From: Planctomycetota bacterium
GTDB taxonomy: Bacteria; Planctomycetota; Planctomycetia; Planctomycetales; Planctomycetaceae
Length of the DNA stretch: 64,000 bases
Reading direction: 5' to 3'
Assembly: GCA_003388505.1 (NCBI GenBank)
Contig: QQVO01000013.1
Span: 134,896 to 198,895, forward strand
This document shows positions 8,418-15,829 of this stretch, piece after piece (position 1 is the stretch's first letter; each line of letters opens with the position of its first letter). The notes beneath the pieces were generated by a model. That model ran no database searches and was not told where the DNA came from. It saw only the letters and a list, made by a program, of their open reading frames with translations. The position numbers were made by a program, and so were the translations under genes.

Positions 8418-9809
8418 ATGAAACGCAAGATGTGGATGCCGATTCTGGCCGCCATTTTATGGTGGTCGACGCCGGACGCCGCCGACGCCGGCGCGTTCTG
8501 CGGAGTCGGGGGATACGATGACTGTCCCCCCGGTTGTTGTGCGCCCAGCGGCGACTACTGCCAGGCGCGCGTGACCCATTGCCCCAGCTACAAGACGGTG
8601 CATGAAACCGTCTGGGAAACCGAAGAGTACTGCTGCCCACAGACTGTCTATGACACCTGTGTGGAGAAGGTGCCGGTCACCTGCACCCGCACGGTCTACG
8701 ACACCTGCTACCGCGACGAGTGCTACACCGTCTGCAAGCCGTGCTACAAGACCTGCTACCGCACGGAATGCTACACGGTCAAGAAGCCCTGCTACAAGAC
8801 GTGCTACCGCACTGTGTGCTGCAAGGTCCGCAAGCCCTGCTACAAGACGTGCTACCGCGACGTCTGCTTCACGGTCTGCCGGCCGTGCTACAAGACGTGC
8901 TACCGAGACGTCTGCTGCACAGTCCGCAAGCCCTGCTACAAGACCTGCTACCGCGACGTCTGCTGCACCACGTACCGTACCGAGTACGACACCTGCTACC
9001 GGGACGTCTGCTACACAGTGTGCCGGCCTGTGACCGAAACGCGGTGCGTTGACGTCTGCTGCGGCGAGTGGAAGACCGTTTCCCAGTACATCCCCGGACC
9101 GGTCGTCGAGCGCTGCGTGCAGGATCCCGGACACCTGGTGTGGGACCCCAACGGTTGCTGCTGCACCTATGATCCCGGCTGCTGCCGCACGGTCAAAGTG
9201 CAATGCCCCGGCCGCACGGTCTGCCGCAAGGTGTGGTGTCCGAAGATCGTCAAGAAAGAGGTCTGCTGCACGCGTTACGTGCAGGAAGTGAAGCACTGCC
9301 GCGTGCCGTACACCGTCTGCCGGCAGGTTCCCTGCACAACGACCAAGCGGGTGCCCTACACCACCTGCACCTGGACCTGTGAAACCCGCGTCAAGCGCGT
9401 CCCCTACACCACCTGCCACATGGTCCGCGAGACCTGCACCAAGAAGGTTCCCTACACAACCTGCACCTGGCATGAGGAGTGCGTGAGCAAGCGGGTGCCC
9501 TACACGACCTGCACCTGGACCTGCGAAACCCGCACGAAGTGTGTGCCCTACACGACGTGTGAAATGCGGACCGAAACCCGGACCCGCAAGGTTCCCTACT
9601 GCGTGCCGCGCCAGGTCTGCGAAACGCGATACGTGTCCCGCACCAAATGCGTGCCGCGCACCGTGATGGTCAAGAAGACCCGCTGCGTGCCGCGAGTCGT
9701 CTGCCGGCAGGTTCCCGTCGACCCCGGCTGTGCGGCTCCCACGTGCTGTGCACCGACGTGCGTGGCTCCCGCACAGTGCGCTGCACCGACCTGTGAGGCG
9801 CCTCACTAG
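8418..9809 (+). CDS. secreted cysteine-rich repeat protein, YTV-domain family (planctomycete)
   Basis: Signal peptide MKRKMWMPILAAILWWSTPDAADA. About 20% of residues are Cys. There are tandem 21-aa repeats CYTVxKPCYKTCYRxxC and a second repeat type VPYTTCTWTCETRxKR. This matches the YTV repeats described for Rhodopirellula secreted proteins. A GAGGA RBS precedes it and a strong terminator lies downstream. Confidence 0.75.
   Translation: MKRKMWMPILAAILWWSTPDAADAGAFCGVGGYDDCPPGCCAPSGDYCQARVTHCPSYKTVHETVWETEEYCCPQTVYDTCVEKVPVTCTRTVYDTCYRDECYTVCKPCYKTCYRTECYTVKKPCYKTCYRTVCCKVRKPCYKTCYRDVCFTVCRPCYKTCYRDVCCTVRKPCYKTCYRDVCCTTYRTEYDTCYRDVCYTVCRPVTETRCVDVCCGEWKTVSQYIPGPVVERCVQDPGHLVWDPNGCCCTYDPGCCRTVKVQCPGRTVCRKVWCPKIVKKEVCCTRYVQEVKHCRVPYTVCRQVPCTTTKRVPYTTCTWTCETRVKRVPYTTCHMVRETCTKKVPYTTCTWHEECVSKRVPYTTCTWTCETRTKCVPYTTCEMRTETRTRKVPYCVPRQVCETRYVSRTKCVPRTVMVKKTRCVPRVVCRQVPVDPGCAAPTCCAPTCVAPAQCAAPTCEAPH
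8700..9000 (+). repeat. intragenic 63-bp tandem DNA repeats (about 5 copies) encoding the YTV repeat units
   Basis: The unit TGCTACAAGACGTGCTACCGC...CGCAAGCCC recurs with a 63-nt period. A second 60-63-nt periodic block lies at about 9340-9600. Confidence 0.5.
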
Positions 9810-10000
9810 AGCGCTTTGCAAATCAGTATTGGCAATCTGTCTCGCGGATTCTCGTCCTCGACAGTTCAAATGCCGCTCGACGCGGACACATGGTAGAGCA
9901 ATTTGCTCTAAAGACACTCACGACGAGGCATCGCGGTAAGACGCCGTGATGCAACGGGACTCAGCCGGTCGCTGAGTCAACATTCTGGCTTCGGCTCTGA

Positions 10001-10038
10001 GAGAGGCCGGTCCACGACGGACCGGCCTCTTTTTTTTG
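10001..10038 (+). terminator. rho-independent terminator downstream of the YTV gene
   Basis: GAGGCCGGTCC-ACGAC-GGACCGGCCTC followed by TTTTTTTT. Confidence 0.7.
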
Positions 10039-10158
10039 ATGCGCCCCATCAACCCAAGACCCATTGGTGACAGCTTCTCGCTCAAGCCGTATGATCGATC
10101 GCTCGGCGCTCCCAGGTTGCGTCTTCTCGATCAAACCGACTCCCCGGCGGCGTTCACG

Positions 10159-11016
10159 ATGATCCCGCTCCGTGACAACATTCCGTCACGCACCACTCCG
10201 CTGGTCAATTACGCGCTCATCGGGATCACGGCGTTCGCCTTCGTCGTTCAACTCCTGGAACCGGAATCGGAGGGCGGCCTCGTTGAACGACTGGGCATGA
10301 TCCCCGCCCGCGTGGTCGATCCCGATGCCGAGATCGTGATTCCGACGGCGGTCGGGAAACGGATCGTCTACGAAGAGCGATGGACGCGCGACGGCATCGT
10401 GCGAGTTCCGCGGGTGGCCTACGAAGTCGAGGACCGGCCGGCCGAACCGTCCGCGGTGCCGCCCGTCCTCACGCCGCTCACCTGCATCTTCCTGCACGGA
10501 GGCTGGATGCATTTTCTGGGCAACATGTGGTTTCTGTTTATCTTCGGCGACAACGTCGAAGATCGGTTCGGTCGCGGGGGGTATCTGGCCTTTTATCTCG
10601 CCAGCGGCGTTGCAGCGAGCCTTTCGCACCTCGTCACCGACCCGCAGTCGACCGTCCCGACGATCGGGGCCAGCGGCGCGATCGCCGGCGTGATGGGGGC
10701 ATACCTCGTGTCTTACCCGCACGCTCGTGTGATGACGCTCATCCCGATCTTCTACATCATTCGCATCGAGGTACTGCCGGCGCCGATCTTCCTGGGCATC
10801 TGGTTCGTGATCCAGCTCTTTCAGGGCGTGGCGGCGGTGACCTCGGTGCAGACGACCGGCGTGGCCTGGTGGGCGCATATCGGCGGTTTCGCGGTCGGCG
10901 CAGGGATCGCGTGGATGCTCGACAAATGGCACTGGTTGCGGCCCCGTCGGGACAGCGTGCCCCTCAGCAGTCAGAGGCTCCGCCCTGTGCGACGGCGCCA
11001 CCCGCGCTCCTTCTGA
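10159..11016 (+). CDS. rhomboid-family intramembrane serine protease
   Basis: Motifs HGGWMHFLGNMWFLFIFG, the catalytic GASGAIAGVMGAY (GxSG) and AHIGGFAVG (His) are present. The start is taken at MIPLRDN (10159). The ORF-track start at 10036 overlaps the T-run of the upstream terminator and was rejected. Confidence 0.8.
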   Translation: MIPLRDNIPSRTTPLVNYALIGITAFAFVVQLLEPESEGGLVERLGMIPARVVDPDAEIVIPTAVGKRIVYEERWTRDGIVRVPRVAYEVEDRPAEPSAVPPVLTPLTCIFLHGGWMHFLGNMWFLFIFGDNVEDRFGRGGYLAFYLASGVAASLSHLVTDPQSTVPTIGASGAIAGVMGAYLVSYPHARVMTLIPIFYIIRIEVLPAPIFLGIWFVIQLFQGVAAVTSVQTTGVAWWAHIGGFAVGAGIAWMLDKWHWLRPRRDSVPLSSQRLRPVRRRHPRSF

Positions 11017-11299
11017 AAGAGAGTGAGGACGAAGCGGAGTCGGCTCGGCTGGAGCCTCGCCCTCCCGAGATGAGCCGTTCCTTGGGAGTCGCGAATCACC
11101 GCCAATGCAGGCGACTCGCTGTAATGGCAGGACCAGTCAAGTCGCGGGTGGCGAGTTTTTTTGGATTACTTGTTCATCGGTAGTTTGAAGGAAGCGGGGG
11201 TTCACGGCGGGCTGATGGTTCGACGATGGATCATGCTGTAATTCGCGGGTTGGATACCGCAGGACCGGATCCGTCGCGGGGCTGTCTCAGTCTCCGGAC

Positions 11300-13100
11300 G
11301 GGAGTGCCGGCCGGACCATCGCCGCAAGCGGCCCTGGTCTGACCGGTCCCAAGCGAGTTGCGAGGATGCCCCTCATCCCCGGCCCGCCGTGTCACCCCAA
11401 TCTTCCTTTCCTTGTGTGTGTGGTTGGTGGATTGTGTGGAGTGCAGATCGTCGTTGGTGTCCCGTGGTTGTCGCCGTCGAGGGGGGCCTTCGTCGGAGCC
11501 GGTCGTCGGTTGCTCACCCTTGGCTGCGAACGACGGCCGGATTTGACGAAGGCCCCACCGGCCTTTGTGGGTGAGGTTCGAGGTCGGCGATCCGCACTCG
11601 GCGGACGCTTCATCAGGTTAACACCTCAACGGGTCAGGGGGTCTTGTTGTCCAATGGCCCAGACGAAGCCGGCCAGTTCCCGCGCCACCGCGATCACGGC
11701 GATCTGAGACGAGCGACCCCGGTGCTCGGTCAGGTGGCGGAACTTCCGGTGCAGCCGCTTCTGCGCCTTCCAGGCGATCTGCCGCACCGGCTCGGCGACC
11801 GCCTGCTGACGGGCCCGCAGCGCCTTGCCGACCGCCGGACGATGACGGTAATGCCAGGCCGCCTCGACCAGAATCCACCGCAGCCGTCCGTTGCCGGCGC
11901 AGGTAATCGAACCGCGCCGGGTCCGCTCGCCCGAGGAGTTCTCGCTGGGCGTCAGGCCGACGTAGCTCATGAATTGTTTGGCCATACGGAACCGCCGCAG
12001 ATCGCCCACTTCGGCGGCAATCACGGCCGCCGAGAGTTCGGCCACGCCCCGCAGCGCTCCCAGCGCCGTGGCCAGGGGCGAGAGGTCCGTCTGGGCAATC
12101 ACCTCCGCCAGATCCACAGTCAACCGCTCGACCCGTTCGGTGGCGTCCTCGACGGTCTTGATCGCGTCGGCCATCAGCCGCCGATGGCCGTCCTGCTCGA
12201 AACGCAACGTGTGGATCCACTGCAGGTGCGCCTGCGTCCACTTCCGGCCTCCTTCGTAGCGGTCGCCGTGCCGCAGCAGAAACTTGTCGAGCTGCTGACG
12301 GGCGACCCGTTCGGCCCGCTTGGCCGCGTCGCGGGCCCGTTCCAGATCGCGGACCGCCTCGGTCGGCACGTCCGGAACATGGACCGCCGTCAGCGTGTCG
12401 GCCCGCAGCGCCACCGCCAGACCGGCCGCGTCGCGGCGATCGGTCTTCACGCGGTCTCCCGAACGCGTCGGCGTCAGCGACGGCGCGATGACCAGACAGT
12501 GATGCCCTCGGGCCTCAAGCCAGCGGTGCAACTCGTAACCGGTCGGCCCGGCCTCGTAACAGACGCACAGCGTCGCCGCCCCGTCCTGGTCCGGCCGCTG
12601 CAGCCGAGCCAGCTTCCGCTCGAGGCTCGCGTAGTCGTGGGGAATGCGGCCCAGTTCGATCACACGGGCCTCGGGATCGGGTCCGCTGAAGGCCGGCGCC
12701 GCGGCGATCGTGATGCTGTCTTTGTGCACATCCAGACCGACATAGTACGCCGCCCGCGGACGGGTCGAAGCGGTTGTCTGCTTCGAGGCCGCGTGCTTCG
12801 ATGTTGTGTGCTGGGCAGTCGTGTGCATCGTCGAGTTCTGTGTTACGCTGGTCATGGCAGGATCAGTCCTTCGCGTTGTGGCTCTGGCGAGCCGGGTGAG
12901 AAAAACACCCCCGATACTAGCCAACCCACGCCCCCGCGACCCGACTGGTCCTGCCATTCTGTCTCCGCGAGTCGCATGTGCGTTCGATCCTCGCAGAGTC
13001 GAGCGCCTGCGGCCGGCCCGCCATTTCCGACGCTGTGTGGTTTCGATGCGGCATGACGCGCGGACGTGAAATGCTGGCCGACTCGGCGGAGCGAGTCGGC
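11300..13100 (-). mobile_element. IS110-family insertion sequence (boundaries approximate)
   Basis: A single DEDD-type transposase gene sits between a rhomboid gene and a DUF2752 gene. IS110 elements lack terminal inverted repeats, so the ends cannot be fixed without a second copy or an empty site. Confidence 0.4.
11626..12855 (-). CDS. IS110-family transposase
   Basis: N-terminal YVGLDVHKDSITIA (DEDD catalytic Asp) and LCVCYEAGPTGYELHRWLEARGHHCLVIAPS...KTDRRDA are present, with a C-terminal Transposase_20-like segment (FMSYVGLTPSENSSGERTRRGSITCAGNGRLRWILVEAAW). ATG at 12855 (MTSVTQ); an alternative lies at 12828. Confidence 0.85.
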   Translation of the reverse strand: MTSVTQNSTMHTTAQHTTSKHAASKQTTASTRPRAAYYVGLDVHKDSITIAAAPAFSGPDPEARVIELGRIPHDYASLERKLARLQRPDQDGAATLCVCYEAGPTGYELHRWLEARGHHCLVIAPSLTPTRSGDRVKTDRRDAAGLAVALRADTLTAVHVPDVPTEAVRDLERARDAAKRAERVARQQLDKFLLRHGDRYEGGRKWTQAHLQWIHTLRFEQDGHRRLMADAIKTVEDATERVERLTVDLAEVIAQTDLSPLATALGALRGVAELSAAVIAAEVGDLRRFRMAKQFMSYVGLTPSENSSGERTRRGSITCAGNGRLRWILVEAAWHYRHRPAVGKALRARQQAVAEPVRQIAWKAQKRLHRKFRHLTEHRGRSSQIAVIAVARELAGFVWAIGQQDPLTR

Positions 13101-13192
13101 TACATTGTCATTGTCGGTCGCCAATTCGCGGCGGCGCGGCGAATCGACGTCTCGCGCAGCGAGAATTGCCGGAATCCGGCCTCTGCGGCACA

Positions 13193-13711
13193 ATGACCGG
13201 TCCGGATCGACAAGACGCCTTGATTGCCATGGACGAAACGACTATCACGCCCGTCCCTCCTCTCGAAACCCCCGATGACATTCTGTGGGACGGTTATCCT
13301 CTCAGCCGCAGCGGCCGGGTGCTGCTGGCGGTGTGGGGCCTGTTCCTGGTGGCCGGTTTCTGCGTCGCGTTGTCGCTCGAACCGGATCCGCGAGGATACG
13401 GGACTCATCAGAGACTTGGACTCCCCCCCTGCAGTTTCCACGTTTTGTTCGGAATCGGCTGTCCCAGTTGCGGCAGCACGACCTGTTTCGCCCACTTCGT
13501 CCGCGGCCATTGGACCGCCGCGATGAGGTCCAACCCGGGAGCGTTCTGCCTCGCCCTCGCCTGCGCTCTGATGGTGCCCTGGAGCGCGGTGAGCGTCTGG
13601 CGCGGCCGGCTCTGGAAAGTCAATCAACCGGCGACGGTTTGCATGTGGTTGCTGCTCGGTTTATGCGGCATCTCGCTCGTGCAATGGTTGGTCCGAATGC
13701 CATGGAACTAG
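13193..13711 (+). CDS. DUF2752-like small membrane protein (CPxCG motif)
   Basis: It has TM segments and GCPSCGSTTCFAHFVRGHW, which resembles the DUF2752 CxxC motif. The start is uncertain (13166 TTG, 13193 ATG or 13229 ATG). Confidence 0.55.
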   Translation: MTGPDRQDALIAMDETTITPVPPLETPDDILWDGYPLSRSGRVLLAVWGLFLVAGFCVALSLEPDPRGYGTHQRLGLPPCSFHVLFGIGCPSCGSTTCFAHFVRGHWTAAMRSNPGAFCLALACALMVPWSAVSVWRGRLWKVNQPATVCMWLLLGLCGISLVQWLVRMPWN

Positions 13712-13878
13712 GTGACGCGACAGGATCACGCGAAACATGAACCACAGTCACTGACTGCGAAAACGGGTGTCGGACGCGCCTCTCTCCGCATCAGGTCTCC
13801 CGGCCCCTCAGCTTCAGTCATTGAAATCTGCAACTGAGCCAGGACGGCTCATTGCTCTGGACGGCAAAGGACTGCCGA

Positions 13879-14583
13879 ATGGCATTTCCAGAAACTTCTC
13901 CGATTCGACGGCCGGTCCCCAACCGGGCCGCCGCAATTCTTCCATTGGCGCTGGGACTGTTGATCGTGCCGTCGGGATGCGTCAACTTCGGCGCGATGAT
14001 GGGCAAGATGCTCTTCGGCGATCCGCAGGTCACGTCCCACTTTCAAGACAAGACAGGAGTCGCTCTGGAGGAAGGCGAGCATCGAGTCGCCTTTGTCTGT
14101 ACCGCCCCGGCATCCACGAACGACCGGTTCGACACGCTCCAACTCGAACTCCAGGAGGAGGTCAGTCGCAGGCTGCGACGGCGCAACCTCGACGTCGTCC
14201 GGACTGACGACGTCCTCAACGCGATGGATTCCGTCGGCGGCAAGTTCGATCGCAAAGCCATCGCGGACGAATTGGGCGACGTTGACTACATTCTGCACCT
14301 CGATATCGAACAGTTCTCCGTTACGGAACCGGCCAGTCCCGATCTGTATCGCGGCCGCGCCTCGGGAATGATCTACGCCTACGAAGTCGACAATTCCGGG
14401 ACCGGCGACGGCATGGTGGTGCAGATCTTCTTCCGGCAGTTGGAGTCGGAATTTCCGAAGTCGCATCCCGTAACCTCGGACCAGATGTCGGCGCGAGTGT
14501 TCCAGAGACAGTTCATCGACCAACTGGCCGACACCGTAGGCCAGACGTTCTACAGCGTCCGGACGAGTGAACTGTTCCAGTAA
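13879..14583 (+). CDS. lipoprotein of unknown function (paralog 1)
   Basis: Signal peptide with lipobox (LLIVPSGC). It is clearly similar to the next gene (RVAFVCTAP/TVAVVCYAP; DYILHLDIEQF/DYVIEIELATF; RQFIDQLADTVGQTFY/AEYLSQLSQAIGWMFY). Confidence 0.6.
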   Translation: MAFPETSPIRRPVPNRAAAILPLALGLLIVPSGCVNFGAMMGKMLFGDPQVTSHFQDKTGVALEEGEHRVAFVCTAPASTNDRFDTLQLELQEEVSRRLRRRNLDVVRTDDVLNAMDSVGGKFDRKAIADELGDVDYILHLDIEQFSVTEPASPDLYRGRASGMIYAYEVDNSGTGDGMVVQIFFRQLESEFPKSHPVTSDQMSARVFQRQFIDQLADTVGQTFYSVRTSELFQ

Positions 14584-14659
14584 GCGCGACTCTCCGAGAT
14601 CCCGTACCGCGCCCGTCGGACTTTGAATCCTCCCCTTCGCCAACAGCAACGTGACTGCA

Positions 14660-15346
14660 ATGATGCCAGGACAAAATCGGTTGCCAACTCGTCGCCGGGT
14701 CATTGGAGGCTGCTTGAGTGCGCTGGCCGCGACCACGCTCCTGACCGGCTGCAATCAAGTCATGCTGCTGGGATACCTCATCGGCGGCCCGCCGTCGATT
14801 GAGCCCGATTTCGACGCTGAGACCGGTCTTTCGCTCGATCTGCCCGACGTCACCGTCGCCGTTGTCTGTTACGCTCCCTCCGACTTGAAGATGGAGCAAC
14901 CCAAGCTCGACACGGAGGTCGCCACCCACGTCGCCTACCGCCTCGCACAAAACAACATCCAGGTCGTCAATCCGGATCGGATTCACGCCTGGATCGATGA
15001 ACACCCCGACTGGGACCACCCCGAAGAGATCGGAGAGGCGTTCAATGCCGACTACGTGATCGAAATCGAATTGGCCACCTTCGGTCTCTACGAACACAAC
15101 AGTACGGAGTTGCTCCGGGGCCGGACCGAGACGCACGTCAATGTCTTTGAAATGGACGAATTCGGTCGCGGAGACCGGATTTACACCAATGTCATCGACA
15201 ACGAATACCCGACGGAGGTTCCGAGGTCGATTTACGAACAGTCGGTCACGGCCTTCCGCGCCGAGTATCTCTCTCAACTCAGCCAGGCCATCGGCTGGAT
15301 GTTCTACCCCCGCTACAGCGGCGACAAAGTCGGCTGGGCCACCTGA
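14660..15346 (+). CDS. lipoprotein of unknown function (paralog 2, tandem duplicate)
   Basis: Signal peptide with lipobox (LLTGCNQ). It is a paralog of 13879-14583. Confidence 0.6.
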   Translation: MMPGQNRLPTRRRVIGGCLSALAATTLLTGCNQVMLLGYLIGGPPSIEPDFDAETGLSLDLPDVTVAVVCYAPSDLKMEQPKLDTEVATHVAYRLAQNNIQVVNPDRIHAWIDEHPDWDHPEEIGEAFNADYVIEIELATFGLYEHNSTELLRGRTETHVNVFEMDEFGRGDRIYTNVIDNEYPTEVPRSIYEQSVTAFRAEYLSQLSQAIGWMFYPRYSGDKVGWAT

Positions 15347-15355
15347 TTAGCCCGT

Positions 15356-15662
15356 GCAGAACAGGTTTCGAACCCTGTCGTCTGCACACAACTCGAAATC
15401 ATGCTAGCTCCTTCAACGCCGCGCGGTCGCCAATCGTACGCTGAAGGCGTACGACAGCGGAGCCCAGGGTGAGCGGCGCAGCCGCGTCACCCTGGGTTGT
15501 CGTGGGCAAGGATTCCGTGAACTCTGAAAGAGTTCCACAGTGACGCGCCGCAGCCTGTCGAACGCCTTCAGCGTTCCTGCACGCGCGCCAACCTCAAACC
15601 GGGGGTGCGCTCCTGTCGTCGCGACCCCCGGCTTTGCTGTGCGACGTCTTCAACGTCGCTCG
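15356..15662. repeat. about 300-nt structured intergenic element, family 1, copy A
   Basis: Ordered hairpins: GCAGAACAGG-TTTCGAAC-CCTGTCGTCTGC; GTACGC-TGAAG-GCGTAC; CCCAGGGTGA...TCACCCTGGG; GAACTCTGAAAGAGTTC; CCGGGGGT...ACCCCCGG; GCGACG-TCTTCAA-CGTCGC. It is collinear with 51390-51680. Confidence 0.5.
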
Positions 15663-15829
15663 CCGTCAGCGTTTCTGGCCAACGTAATGCGACGGTTTCG
15701 GGAAGAGTTGTGTGTCACTGGCAGGCTGCGAGCGCCCTCCTGTACGAATGTCATGACTTTCCAAACTGGCCCCCGACGCGCTGATCTGGTAACCGTGTGA
15801 GCGGTCAGCAGGCATTCCAGGGGACGGGC

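Noticed and set aside
8457-9917. 486-aa minus-strand ORF opposite the YTV gene
   Set aside because: It is a repetitive Ala/Val/Arg/Gly translation that mirrors the Cys-repeat gene. The plus strand has a signal peptide, RBS and terminator.
10036-10158. Upstream ATG start (10036) for the rhomboid gene
   Set aside because: That ATG lies inside the T-run of the preceding rho-independent terminator. The conserved rhomboid sequence begins after the ATG at 10159.
11644-13056. 470-aa plus-strand ORF antisense to the IS110 transposase
   Set aside because: It has no motifs and is an R/P/G-rich mirror of the transposase gene.
13849-15277. Minus-strand ORFs (301 aa and 254 aa) across the lipoprotein pair
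   Set aside because: The plus-strand genes are paralogous to each other and have lipoprotein signals. The minus-strand frames show no such support.
15356-15385. T-arm-like hairpin (ACAGG-TTTCGAAC-CCTGT) as a possible tRNA
   Set aside because: The loop is 8 nt, there are no D or anticodon arms upstream, and it does not end in CCA. It is interpreted as part of the family-1 repeat instead.
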